Below, piece by piece: positions 21,543-36,500 of a stretch of 64,000 bases of DNA. A model generated the notes under the pieces. That model was not told the DNA's origin. It worked only from the letters and a program-made list of their open reading frames with translations, and did no database searches. How positions within the stretch are numbered: position 1 is the stretch's first letter; every line of letters begins with the position of its first letter. The stretch spans positions 17,236,001 through 17,300,000 of the forward strand of contig CATNEN010000001.1 in the NCBI GenBank assembly GCA_950097015.1, read 5' to 3'. A program made the translations under genes and the position numbers. The stretch comes from Macrostomum hystrix. Lineage: Eukaryota; Animalia; Platyhelminthes.

Positions 21543-24500
21543 AGGACAAATAATTTGGTTTCTGCATTAAAAAATTCGCAATAAAGTTCGGATTTTTATA
21601 TAAAAAATTAGATAGAAAGTCAGATACAACAAGCAGTAGTAATGTAGGATCACATATATATATATCATTTGTGTGAATTATCTGTGAGTTTCTTGTAAAC
21701 ATTTGCTACAGCATAGCTATAGCTATGCCCTATGTGAATCTTTAAAAAATTAAAGTCTCTTTTGAAGAGGACAGAACAGAAGTAGCTAGTCCTATATGAA
21801 GAAACTAATTTCTTAGCTTAAATTAGCTTAATAGATATTGTTAATTTTTTAACTGGAATTGGCTCTCTATTGTAAACATTTTTATAATGCTAAAACACAA
21901 GGATCTCACCTTGTATAGTAGCAAAATAACTGTATACAAAATATTATCAGGCACACCAGATGGCAAATATGGATCTCAGATTTAAATTATGAATTGATAG
22001 CTGACCCTACCTATATTTTTATCCATTTTTGCCAAACGAGGCCACTTTTGGTACGTCAGAGTATTGGTAGAGTATTGGTATTGGTATTGGTACGTCTGCG
22101 GGGCGTGCCTCCTCGCCGGACCCGCACCCAGAAGGCACGGGCACAATCTATCCCGCACCTGTGCGGGTCTCACCTGCATATTTACCCAGATGGCAAATTT
22201 GCCAACTGGGCAAACAAAGTTGGCCCCTTCTGCTGGCCCTATAAATACCATTTCACCTGGGCCACGCGTTAGAAAATCTTCAATTTTCAATTTTCTTGAA
22301 TTTGCTAGGAAGCTGAAATTGAAGTTGAATTTGGCGGTGGCGGGGGGCGGGGCGGGGCCCGCAAGGGACGGGCGTCGGCCCGACCCTTCTTGCGGCCGGC
22401 CGATTTTTTCTGATGCCTGAAATTATGTATTGCCAAACTCGTTAATCACGCAAATTATGTTTCTTGGAAATTAACAAACATGATTCAAGGAAGTGTTGTA
22501 CCAGAAAACAACGGTGAGGTAGCTATAGCAGTATATGTAAGTTATAGGTGAGTTTGTCAGTTCAAATATTGCCTGGCCTCTTTGGACACAAAAGAGTTTT
22601 TCTTTTCTAAGAAAATACCAAAACTTTGCCACTTAATAGCTTTATTGTTTAAGATAATCATACTTGATTTAATGATTTTCTTCATCAAATTCTTAAATAT
22701 TTACTAGTAAGTTTAAATTTTACTCTAAAAGTTGGGTAAAGTTTAGCACTTTAATATATTAATGATCTAATATCATGCATAGAAGGACAAATAATTTGGT
22801 TTCTGCATTAAAAAATTCGCAATAAAGTTCGGATTTTTATATAAAAAATTAGATAGAAAGTCAGATACAACAAGCAGTAGTAATGTAGGATCACATATAT
22901 ATATATCATTTGTGTGAATTATCTGTGAGTTTCTTGTAAACATTTGCTACAGCATAGCTATAGCTATGCCCTATGTGAATCTTTAAAAAATTAAAGTCTC
23001 TTTTGAAGAGGACAGAACAGAAGTAGCTAGTCCTATATGAAGAAACTAATTTCTTAGCTTAAATTAGCTTAATAGATATTGTTAATTTTTTAACTGGAAT
23101 TGGCTCTCTATTGTAAACATTTTTATAATGCTAAAACACAAGGATCTCACCTTGTATAGTAGCAAAATAACTGTATACAAAATATTATCAGGCACACCAG
23201 ATGGCAAATATGGATCTCAGATTTAAATTATGAATTGATAGCTGACCCTACCTATATTTTTATCCATTTTTGCCAAACGAGGCCACTTTTGGTACGTCAG
23301 AGTATTGGTAGAGTATTGGTATTGGTATTGGTACGTCTGCGGGGCGTGCCTCCTCGCCGGACCCGCACCCAGAAGGCACGGGCACAATCTATCCCGCACC
23401 TGTGCGGGTCTCACCTGCATATTTACCCAGATGGCAAATTTGCCAACTGGGCAAACAAAGTTGGCCCCTTCTGCTGGCCCTATAAATACCATTTCACCTG
23501 GGCCACGCGTTAGAAAATCTTCAATTTTCAATTTTCTTGAATTTGCTAGGAAGCTGAAATTGAAGTTGAATTTGGCGGTGGCGGGGGGCGGGGCGGGGCC
23601 CGCAAGGGACGGGCGTCGGCCCGACCCTTCTTGCGGCCGGCCGATTTTTTCTGATGCCTGAAATTATGTATTGCCAAACTCGTTAATCACGCAAATTATG
23701 TTTCTTGGAAATTAACAAACATGATTCAAGGAAGTGTTGTACCAGAAAACAACGGTGAGGTAGCTATAGCAGTATATGTAAGTTATAGGTGAGTTTGTCA
23801 GTTCAAATATTGCCTGGCCTCTTTGGACACAAAAGAGTTTTTCTTTTCTAAGAAAATACCAAAACTTTGCCACTTAATAGCTTTATTGATTAAGATAATC
23901 ATACTTGATTTAATGATTTTCTTCATCAAATTCTTAAATATTTACTAGTAAGTTTAAATTTTACTCTAAAAGTTGGGTAAAGTTTAGCACTTTAATATAT
24001 TAATGATCTAATATCATGCATAGAAGGACAAATAATTTGGTTTCTGCATTAAAAAATTCGCAATAAAGTTCGGATTTTTATATAAAAAATTAGATAGAAA
24101 GTCAGATACAACAAGCAGTAGTAATGTAGGATCACATATATATATCATTTGTGTGAATTATCTGTGAGTTTCTTGTAAACATTTGCTACAGCATAGCTAT
24201 AGCTATGCCCTATGTGAATCTTTAAAAAATTAAAGTCTCTTTTGAAGAGGACAGAACAGAAGTAGCTAGTCCTATATGAAGAAACTAATTTCTTAGCTTA
24301 AATTAGCTTAATAGATATTGTTAATTTTTTAACTGGAATTGGCTCTCTATTGTAAACATTTTTATAATGCTAAAACACAAGGATCTCACCTTGTATAGTA
24401 GCAAAATAACTGTATACAAAATATTATCAGGCACACCAGATGGCAAATATGGATCTCAGATTTAAATTATGAATTGATAGCTGACCCTACCTATATTTTT

Positions 24501-27500
24501 ATCCATTTTTGCCAAACGAGGCCACTTTTGGTACGTCAGAGTATTGGTAGAGTATTGGTATTGGTATTGGTACGTCTGCGGGGCGTGCCTCCTCGCCGGA
24601 CCCGCACCCAGAAGGCACGGGCACAATCTATCCCGCACCTGTGCGGGTCTCACCTGCATATTTACCCAGATGGCAAATTTGCCAACTGGGCAAACAAAGT
24701 TGGCCCCTTCTGCTGGCCCTATAAATACCATTTCACCTGGGCCACGCGTTAGAAAATCTTCAATTTTCAATTTTCTTGAATTTGCTAGGAAGCTGAAATT
24801 GAAGTTGAATTTGGCGGTGGCGGGGGGCGGGGCGGGGCCCGCAAGGGACGGGCGTCGGCCCGACCCTTCTTGCGGCCGGCCGATTTTTTCTGATGCCTGA
24901 AATTATGTATTGCCAAACTCGTTAATCACGCAAATTATGTTTCTTGGAAATTAACAAACATGATTCAAGGAAGTGTTGTACCAGAAAACAACGGTGAGGT
25001 AGCTATAGCAGTATATGTAAGTTATAGGTGAGTTTGTCAGTTCAAATATTGCCTGGCCTCTTTGGACACAAAAGAGTTTTTCTTTTCTAAGAAAATACCA
25101 AAACTTTGCCACTTAATAGCTTTATTGTTTAAGATAATCATACTTGATTTAATGATTTTCTTCATCAAATTCTTAAATATTTACTAGTAAGTTTAAATTT
25201 TACTCTAAAAGTTGGGTAAAGTTTAGCACTTTAATATATTAATGATCTAATATCATGCATAGAAGGACAAATAATTTGGTTTCTGCATTAAAAAATTCGC
25301 AATAAAGTTCGGATTTTTATATAAAAAATTAGATAGAAAGTCAGATACAACAAGCAGTAGTAATGTAGGATCACATATATATATATCATTTGTGTGAATT
25401 ATCTGTGAGTTTCTTGTAAACATTTGCTACAGCATAGCTATAGCTATGCCCTATGTGAATCTTTAAAAAATTAAAGTCTCTTTTGAAGAGGACAGAACAG
25501 AAGTAGCTAGTCCTATATGAAGAAACTAATTTCTTAGCTTAAATTAGCTTAATAGATATTGTTAATTTTTTAACTGGAATTGGCTCTCTATTGTAAACAT
25601 TTTTATAATGCTAAAACACAAGGATCTCACCTTGTATAGTAGCAAAATAACTGTATACAAAATATTATCAGGCACACCAGATGGCAAATATGGATCTCAG
25701 ATTTAAATTATGAATTGATAGCTGACCCTACCTATATTTTTATCCATTTTTGCCAAACGAGGCCACTTTTGGTACGTCAGAGTATTGGTAGAGTATTGGT
25801 ATTGGTATTGGTACGTCTGCGGGGCGTGCCTCCTCGCCGGACCCGCACCCAGAAGGCACGGGCACAATCTATCCCGCACCTGTGCGGGTCTCACCTGCAT
25901 ATTTACCCAGATGGCAAATTTGCCAACTGGGCAAACAAAGTTGGCCCCTTCTGCTGGCCCTATAAATACCATTTCACCTGGGCCACGCGTTAGAAAATCT
26001 TCAATTTTCAATTTTCTTGAATTTGCTAGGAAGCTGAAATTGAAGTTGAATTTGGCGGTGGCGGGGGGCGGGGCGGGGCCCGCAAGGGACGGGCGTCGGC
26101 CCGACCCTTCTTGCGGCCGGCCGATTTTTTCTGATGCCTGAAATTATGTATTGCCAAACTCGTTAATCACGCAAATTATGTTTCTTGGAAATTAACAAAC
26201 ATGATTCAAGGAAGTGTTGTACCAGAAAACAACGGTGAGGTAGCTATAGCAGTATATGTAAGTTATAGGTGAGTTTGTCAGTTCAAATATTGCCTGGCCT
26301 CTTTGGACACAAAAGAGTTTTTCTTTTCTAAGAAAATACCAAAACTTTGCCACTTAATAGCTTTATTGATTAAGATAATCATACTTGATTTAATGATTTT
26401 CTTCATCAAATTCTTAAATATTTACTAGTAAGTTTAAATTTTACTCTAAAAGTTGGGTAAAGTTTAGCACTTTAATATATTAATGATCTAATATCATGCA
26501 TAGAAGGACAAATAATTTGGTTTCTGCATTAAAAAATTCGCAATAAAGTTCGGATTTTTATATAAAAAATTAGATAGAAAGTCAGATACAACAAGCAGTA
26601 GTAATGTAGGATCACATATATATATCATTTGTGTGAATTATCTGTGAGTTTCTTGTAAACATTTGCTACAGCATAGCTATAGCTATGCCCTATGTGAATC
26701 TTTAAAAAATTAAAGTCTCTTTTGAAGAGGACAGAACAGAAGTAGCTAGTCCTATATGAAGAAACTAATTTCTTAGCTTAAATTAGCTTAATAGATATTG
26801 TTAATTTTTTAACTGGAATTGGCTCTCTATTGTAAACATTTTTATAATGCTAAAACACAAGGATCTCACCTTGTATAGTAGCAAAATAACTGTATACAAA
26901 ATATTATCAGGCACACCAGATGGCAAATATGGATCTCAGATTTAAATTATGAATTGATAGCTGACCCTACCTATATTTTTATCCATTTTTGCCAAACGAG
27001 GCCACTTTTGGTACGTCAGAGTATTGGTAGAGTATTGGTATTGGTATTGGTACGTCTGCGGGGCGTGCCTCCTCGCCGGACCCGCACCCAGAAGGCACGG
27101 GCACAATCTATCCCGCACCTGTGCGGGTCTCACCTGCATATTTACCCAGATGGCAAATTTGCCAACTGGGCAAACAAAGTTGGCCCCTTCTGCTGGCCCT
27201 ATAAATACCATTTCACCTGGGCCACGCGTTAGAAAATCTTCAATTTTCAATTTTCTTGAATTTGCTAGGAAGCTGAAATTGAAGTTGAATTTGGCGGTGG
27301 CGGGGGGCGGGGCGGGGCCCGCAAGGGACGGGCGTCGGCCCGACCCTTCTTGCGGCCGGCCGATTTTTTCTGATGCCTGAAATTATGTATTGCCAAACTC
27401 GTTAATCACGCAAATTATGTTTCTTGGAAATTAACAAACATGATTCAAGGAAGTGTTGTACCAGAAAACAACGGTGAGGTAGCTATAGCAGTATATGTAA

Positions 27501-30500
27501 GTTATAGGTGAGTTTGTCAGTTCAAATATTGCCTGGCCTCTTTGGACACAAAAGAGTTTTTCTTTTCTAAGAAAATACCAAAACTTTGCCACTTAATAGC
27601 TTTATTGTTTAAGATAATCATACTTGATTTAATGATTTTCTTCATCAAATTCTTAAATATTTACTAGTAAGTTTAAATTTTACTCTAAAAGTTGGGTAAA
27701 GTTTAGCACTTTAATATATTAATGATCTAATATCATGCATAGAAGGACAAATAATTTGGTTTCTGCATTAAAAAATTCGCAATAAAGTTCGGATTTTTAT
27801 ATAAAAAATTAGATAGAAAGTCAGATACAACAAGCAGTAGTAATGTAGGATCACATATATATATATCATTTGTGTGAATTATCTGTGAGTTTCTTGTAAA
27901 CATTTGCTACAGCATAGCTATAGCTATGCCCTATGTGAATCTTTAAAAAATTAAAGTCTCTTTTGAAGAGGACAGAACAGAAGTAGCTAGTCCTATATGA
28001 AGAAACTAATTTCTTAGCTTAAATTAGCTTAATAGATATTGTTAATTTTTTAACTGGAATTGGCTCTCTATTGTAAACATTTTTATAATGCTAAAACACA
28101 AGGATCTCACCTTGTATAGTAGCAAAATAACTGTATACAAAATATTATCAGGCACACCAGATGGCAAATATGGATCTCAGATTTAAATTATGAATTGATA
28201 GCTGACCCTACCTATATTTTTATCCATTTTTGCCAAACGAGGCCACTTTTGGTACGTCAGAGTATTGGTAGAGTATTGGTATTGGTATTGGTACGTCTGC
28301 GGGGCGTGCCTCCTCGCCGGACCCGCACCCAGAAGGCACGGGCACAATCTATCCCGCACCTGTGCGGGTCTCACCTGCATATTTACCCAGATGGCAAATT
28401 TGCCAACTGGGCAAACAAAGTTGGCCCCTTCTGCTGGCCCTATAAATACCATTTCACCTGGGCCACGCGTTAGAAAATCTTCAATTTTCAATTTTCTTGA
28501 ATTTGCTAGGAAGCTGAAATTGAAGTTGAATTTGGCGGTGGCGGGGGGCGGGGCGGGGCCCGCAAGGGACGGGCGTCGGCCCGACCCTTCTTGCGGCCGG
28601 CCGATTTTTTCTGATGCCTGAAATTATGTATTGCCAAACTCGTTAATCACGCAAATTATGTTTCTTGGAAATTAACAAACATGATTCAAGGAAGTGTTGT
28701 ACCAGAAAACAACGGTGAGGTAGCTATAGCAGTATATGTAAGTTATAGGTGAGTTTGTCAGTTCAAATATTGCCTGGCCTCTTTGGACACAAAAGAGTTT
28801 TTCTTTTCTAAGAAAATACCAAAACTTTGCCACTTAATAGCTTTATTGATTAAGATAATCATACTTGATTTAATGATTTTCTTCATCAAATTCTTAAATA
28901 TTTACTAGTAAGTTTAAATTTTACTCTAAAAGTTGGGTAAAGTTTAGCACTTTAATATATTAATGATCTAATATCATGCATAGAAGGACAAATAATTTGG
29001 TTTCTGCATTAAAAAATTCGCAATAAAGTTCGGATTTTTATATAAAAAATTAGATAGAAAGTCAGATACAACAAGCAGTAGTAATGTAGGATCACATATA
29101 TATATATCATTTGTGTGAATTATCTGTGAGTTTCTTGTAAACATTTGCTACAGCATAGCTATAGCTATGCCCTATGTGAATCTTTAAAAAATTAAAGTCT
29201 CTTTTGAAGAGGACAGAACAGAAGTAGCTAGTCCTATATGAAGAAACTAATTTCTTAGCTTAAATTAGCTTAATAGATATTGTTAATTTTTTAACTGGAA
29301 TTGGCTCTCTATTGTAAACATTTTTATAATGCTAAAACACAAGGATCTCACCTTGTATAGTAGCAAAATAACTGTATACAAAATATTATCAGGCACACCA
29401 GATGGCAAATATGGATCTCAGATTTAAATTATGAATTGATAGCTGACCCTACCTATATTTTTATCCATTTTTGCCAAACGAGGCCACTTTTGGTACGTCA
29501 GAGTATTGGTAGAGTATTGGTATTGGTATTGGTACGTCTGCGGGGCGTGCCTCCTCGCCGGACCCGCACCCAGAAGGCACGGGCACAATCTATCCCGCAC
29601 CTGTGCGGGTCTCACCTGCATATTTACCCAGATGGCAAATTTGCCAACTGGGCAAACAAAGTTGGCCCCTTCTGCTGGCCCTATAAATACCATTTCACCT
29701 GGGCCACGCGTTAGAAAATCTTCAATTTTCAATTTTCTTGAATTTGCTAGGAAGCTGAAATTGAAGTTGAATTTGGCGGTGGCGGGGGGCGGGGCGGGGC
29801 CCGCAAGGGACGGGCGTCGGCCCGACCCTTCTTGCGGCCGGCCGATTTTTTCTGATGCCTGAAATTATGTATTGCCAAACTCGTTAATCACGCAAATTAT
29901 GTTTCTTGGAAATTAACAAACATGATTCAAGGAAGTGTTGTACCAGAAAACAACGGTGAGGTAGCTATAGCAGTATATGTAAGTTATAGGTGAGTTTGTC
30001 AGTTCAAATATTGCCTGGCCTCTTTGGACACAAAAGAGTTTTTCTTTTCTAAGAAAATACCAAAACTTTGCCACTTAATAGCTTTATTGATTAAGATAAT
30101 CATACTTGATTTAATGATTTTCTTCATCAAATTCTTAAATATTTACTAGTAAGTTTAAATTTTACTCTAAAAGTTGGGTAAAGTTTAGCACTTTAATATA
30201 TTAATGATCTAATATCATGCATAGAAGGACAAATAATTTGGTTTCTGCATTAAAAAATTCGCAATAAAGTTCGGATTTTTATATAAAAAATTAGATAGAA
30301 AGTCAGATACAACAAGCAGTAGTAATGTAGGATCACATATATATATATCATTTGTGTGAATTATCTGTGAGTTTCTTGTAAACATTTGCTACAGCATAGC
30401 TATAGCTATGCCCTATGTGAATCTTTAAAAAATTAAAGTCTCTTTTGAAGAGGACAGAACAGAAGTAGCTAGTCCTATATGAAGAAACTAATTTCTTAGC

Positions 30501-33500
30501 TTAAATTAGCTTAATAGATATTGTTAATTTTTTAACTGGAATTGGCTCTCTATTGTAAACATTTTTATAATGCTAAAACACAAGGATCTCACCTTGTATA
30601 GTAGCAAAATAACTGTATACAAAATATTATCAGGCACACCAGATGGCAAATATGGATCTCAGATTTAAATTATGAATTGATAGCTGACCCTACCTATATT
30701 TTTATCCATTTTTGCCAAACGAGGCCACTTTTGGTACGTCAGAGTATTGGTAGAGTATTGGTATTGGTATTGGTACGTCTGCGGGGCGTGCCTCCTCGCC
30801 GGACCCGCACCCAGAAGGCACGGGCACAATCTATCCCGCACCTGTGCGGGTCTCACCTGCATATTTACCCAGATGGCAAATTTGCCAACTGGGCAAACAA
30901 AGTTGGCCCCTTCTGCTGGCCCTATAAATACCATTTCACCTGGGCCACGCGTTAGAAAATCTTCAATTTTCAATTTTCTTGAATTTGCTAGGAAGCTGAA
31001 ATTGAAGTTGAATTTGGCGGTGGCGGGGGGCGGGGCGGGGCCCGCAAGGGACGGGCGTCGGCCCGACCCTTCTTGCGGCCGGCCGATTTTTTCTGATGCC
31101 TGAAATTATGTATTGCCAAACTCGTTAATCACGCAAATTATGTTTCTTGGAAATTAACAAACATGATTCAAGGAAGTGTTGTACCAGAAAACAACGGTGA
31201 GGTAGCTATAGCAGTATATGTAAGTTATAGGTGAGTTTGTCAGTTCAAATATTGCCTGGCCTCTTTGGACACAAAAGAGTTTTTCTTTTCTAAGAAAATA
31301 CCAAAACTTTGCCACTTAATAGCTTTATTGATTAAGATAATCATACTTGATTTAATGATTTTCTTCATCAAATTCTTAAATATTTACTAGTAAGTTTAAA
31401 TTTTACTCTAAAAGTTGGGTAAAGTTTAGCACTTTAATATATTAATGATCTAATATCATGCATAGAAGGACAAATAATTTGGTTTCTGCATTAAAAAATT
31501 CGCAATAAAGTTCGGATTTTTATATAAAAAATTAGATAGAAAGTCAGATACAACAAGCAGTAGTAATGTAGGATCACATATATATATATCATTTGTGTGA
31601 ATTATCTGTGAGTTTCTTGTAAACATTTGCTACAGCATAGCTATAGCTATGCCCTATGTGAATCTTTAAAAAATTAAAGTCTCTTTTGAAGAGGACAGAA
31701 CAGAAGTAGCTAGTCCTATATGAAGAAACTAATTTCTTAGCTTAAATTAGCTTAATAGATATTGTTAATTTTTTAACTGGAATTGGCTCTCTATTGTAAA
31801 CATTTTTATAATGCTAAAACACAAGGATCTCACCTTGTATAGTAGCAAAATAACTGTATACAAAATATTATCAGGCACACCAGATGGCAAATATGGATCT
31901 CAGATTTAAATTATGAATTGATAGCTGACCCTACCTATATTTTTATCCATTTTTGCCAAACGAGGCCACTTTTGGTACGTCAGAGTATTGGTAGAGTATT
32001 GGTATTGGTATTGGTACGTCTGCGGGGCGTGCCTCCTCGCCGGACCCGCACCCAGAAGGCACGGGCACAATCTATCCCGCACCTGTGCGGGTCTCACCTG
32101 CATATTTACCCAGATGGCAAATTTGCCAACTGGGCAAACAAAGTTGGCCCCTTCTGCTGGCCCTATAAATACCATTTCACCTGGGCCACGCGTTAGAAAA
32201 TCTTCAATTTTCAATTTTCTTGAATTTGCTAGGAAGCTGAAATTGAAGTTGAATTTGGCGGTGGCGGGGGGCGGGGCGGGGCCCGCAAGGGACGGGCGTC
32301 GGCCCGACCCTTCTTGCGGCCGGCCGATTTTTTCTGATGCCTGAAATTATGTATTGCCAAACTCGTTAATCACGCAAATTATGTTTCTTGGAAATTAACA
32401 AACATGATTCAAGGAAGTGTTGTACCAGAAAACAACGGTGAGGTAGCTATAGCAGTATATGTAAGTTATAGGTGAGTTTGTCAGTTCAAATATTGCCTGG
32501 CCTCTTTGGACACAAAAGAGTTTTTCTTTTCTAAGAAAATACCAAAACTTTGCCACTTAATAGCTTTATTGATTAAGATAATCATACTTGATTTAATGAT
32601 TTTCTTCATCAAATTCTTAAATATTTACTAGTAAGTTTAAATTTTACTCTAAAAGTTGGGTAAAGTTTAGCACTTTAATATATTAATGATCTAATATCAT
32701 GCATAGAAGGACAAATAATTTGGTTTCTGCATTAAAAAATTCGCAATAAAGTTCGGATTTTTATATAAAAAATTAGATAGAAAGTCAGATACAACAAGCA
32801 GTAGTAATGTAGGATCACATATATATATATCATTTGTGTGAATTATCTGTGAGTTTCTTGTAAACATTTGCTACAGCATAGCTATAGCTATGCCCTATGT
32901 GAATCTTTAAAAAATTAAAGTCTCTTTTGAAGAGGACAGAACAGAAGTAGCTAGTCCTATATGAAGAAACTAATTTCTTAGCTTAAATTAGCTTAATAGA
33001 TATTGTTAATTTTTTAACTGGAATTGGCTCTCTATTGTAAACATTTTTATAATGCTAAAACACAAGGATCTCACCTTGTATAGTAGCAAAATAACTGTAT
33101 ACAAAATATTATCAGGCACACCAGATGGCAAATATGGATCTCAGATTTAAATTATGAATTGATAGCTGACCCTACCTATATTTTTATCCATTTTTGCCAA
33201 ACGAGGCCACTTTTGGTACGTCAGAGTATTGGTAGAGTATTGGTATTGGTATTGGTACGTCTGCGGGGCGTGCCTCCTCGCCGGACCCGCACCCAGAAGG
33301 CACGGGCACAATCTATCCCGCACCTGTGCGGGTCTCACCTGCATATTTACCCAGATGGCAAATTTGCCAACTGGGCAAACAAAGTTGGCCCCTTCTGCTG
33401 GCCCTATAAATACCATTTCACCTGGGCCACGCGTTAGAAAATCTTCAATTTTCAATTTTCTTGAATTTGCTAGGAAGCTGAAATTGAAGTTGAATTTGGC

Positions 33501-36500
33501 GGTGGCGGGGGGCGGGGCGGGGCCCGCAAGGGACGGGCGTCGGCCCGACCCTTCTTGCGGCCGGCCGATTTTTTCTGATGCCTGAAATTATGTATTGCCA
33601 AACTCGTTAATCACGCAAATTATGTTTCTTGGAAATTAACAAACATGATTCAAGGAAGTGTTGTACCAGAAAACAACGGTGAGGTAGCTATAGCAGTATA
33701 TGTAAGTTATAGGTGAGTTTGTCAGTTCAAATATTGCCTGGCCTCTTTGGACACAAAAGAGTTTTTCTTTTCTAAGAAAATACCAAAACTTTGCCACTTA
33801 ATAGCTTTATTGATTAAGATAATCATACTTGATTTAATGATTTTCTTCATCAAATTCTTAAATATTTACTAGTAAGTTTAAATTTTACTCTAAAAGTTGG
33901 GTAAAGTTTAGCACTTTAATATATTAATGATCTAATATCATGCATAGAAGGACAAATAATTTGGTTTCTGCATTAAAAAATTCGCAATAAAGTTCGGATT
34001 TTTATATAAAAAATTAGATAGAAAGTCAGATACAACAAGCAGTAGTAATGTAGGATCACATATATATATATCATTTGTGTGAATTATCTGTGAGTTTCTT
34101 GTAAACATTTGCTACAGCATAGCTATAGCTATGCCCTATGTGAATCTTTAAAAAATTAAAGTCTCTTTTGAAGAGGACAGAACAGAAGTAGCTAGTCCTA
34201 TATGAAGAAACTAATTTCTTAGCTTAAATTAGCTTAATAGATATTGTTAATTTTTTAACTGGAATTGGCTCTCTATTGTAAACATTTTTATAATGCTAAA
34301 ACACAAGGATCTCACCTTGTATAGTAGCAAAATAACTGTATACAAAATATTATCAGGCACACCAGATGGCAAATATGGATCTCAGATTTAAATTATGATT
34401 TGATAGCTGACCCTACCTATATTTTTATCCATTTTTGCCAAACGAGGCCACTTTTGGTACGTCAGAGTATTGGTAGAGTATTGGTATTGGTATTGGTACG
34501 TCTGCGGGGCGTGCCTCCTCGCCGGACCCGCACCCAGAAGGCACGGGCACAATCTATCCCGCACCTGTGCGGGTCTCACCTGCATATTTACCCAGATGGC
34601 AAATTTGCCAACTGGGCAAACAAAGTTGGCCCCTTCTGCTGGCCCTATAAATACCATTTCACCTGGGCCACGCGTTAGAAAATCTTCAATTTTCAATTTT
34701 CTTGAATTTGCTAGGAAGCTGAAATTGAAGTTGAATTTGGCGGTGGCGGGGGGCGGGGCGGGGCCCGCAAGGGACGGGCGTCGGCCCGACCCTTCTTGCG
34801 GCCGGCCGATTTTTTCTGATGCCTGAAATTATGTATTGCCAAACTCGTTAATCACGCAAATTATGTTTCTTGGAAATTAACAAACATGATTCAAGGAAGT
34901 GTTGTACCAGAAAACAACGGTGAGGTAGCTATAGCAGTATATGTAAGTTATAGGTGAGTTTGTCAGTTCAAATATTGCCTGGCCTCTTTGGACACAAAAG
35001 AGTTTTTCTTTTCTAAGAAAATACCAAAACTTTGCCACTTAATAGCTTTATTGATTAAGATAATCATACTTGATTTAATGATTTTCTTCATCAAATTCTT
35101 AAATATTTACTAGTAAGTTTAAATTTTACTCTAAAAGTTGGGTAAAGTTTAGCACTTTAATATATTAATGATCTAATATCATGCATAGAAGGACAAATAA
35201 TTTGGTTTCTGCATTAAAAAATTCGCAATAAAGTTCGGATTTTTATATAAAAAATTAGATAGAAAGTCAGATACAACAAGCAGTAGTAATGTAGGATCAC
35301 ATATATATATATCATTTGTGTGAATTATCTGTGAGTTTCTTGTAAACATTTGCTACAGCATAGCTATAGCTATGCCCTATGTGAATCTTTAAAAAATTAA
35401 AGTCTCTTTTGAAGAGGACAGAACAGAAGTAGCTAGTCCTATATGAAGAAACTAATTTCTTAGCTTAAATTAGCTTAATAGATATTGTTAATTTTTTAAC
35501 TGGAATTGGCTCTCTATTGTAAACATTTTTATAATGCTAAAACACAAGGATCTCACCTTGTATAGTAGCAAAATAACTGTATACAAAATATTATCAGGCA
35601 CACCAGATGGCAAATATGGATCTCAGATTTAAATTATGATTTGATAGCTGACCCTACCTATATTTTTATCCATTTTTGCCAAACGAGGCCACTTTTGGTA
35701 CGTCAGAGTATTGGTAGAGTATTGGTATTGGTATTGGTACGTCTGCGGGGCGTGCCTCCTCGCCGGACCCGCACCCAGAAGGCACGGGCACAATCTATCC
35801 CGCACCTGTGCGGGTCTCACCTGCATATTTACCCAGATGGCAAATTTGCCAACTGGGCAAACAAAGTTGGCCCCTTCTGCTGGCCCTATAAATACCATTT
35901 CACCTGGGCCACGCGTTAGAAAATCTTCAATTTTCAATTTTCTTGAATTTGCTAGGAAGCTGAAATTGAAGTTGAATTTGGCGGTGGCGGGGGGCGGGGC
36001 GGGGCCCGCAAGGGACGGGCGTCGGCCCGACCCTTCTTGCGGCCGGCCGATTTTTTCTGATGCCTGAAATTATGTATTGCCAAACTCGTTAATCACGCAA
36101 ATTATGTTTCTTGGAAATTAACAAACATGATTCAAGGAAGTGTTGTACCAGAAAACAACGGTGAGGTAGCTATAGCAGTATATGTAAGTTATAGGTGAGT
36201 TTGTCAGTTCAAATATTGCCTGGCCTCTTTGGACACAAAAGAGTTTTTCTTTTCTAAGAAAATACCAAAACTTTGCCACTTAATAGCTTTATTGATTAAG
36301 ATAATCATACTTGATTTAATGATTTTCTTCATCAAATTCTTAAATATTTACTAGTAAGTTTAAATTTTACTCTAAAAGTTGGGTAAAGTTTAGCACTTTA
36401 ATATATTAATGATCTAATATCATGCATAGAAGGACAAATAATTTGGTTTCTGCATTAAAAAATTCGCAATAAAGTTCGGATTTTTATATAAAAAATTAGA

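Noticed and set aside
21543-22783. Array unit as a 5S rRNA, snRNA, spliced-leader or histone tandem gene
   Set aside because: No recognisable conserved sequence for any of these by eye. An Rfam scan is needed to exclude them formally.
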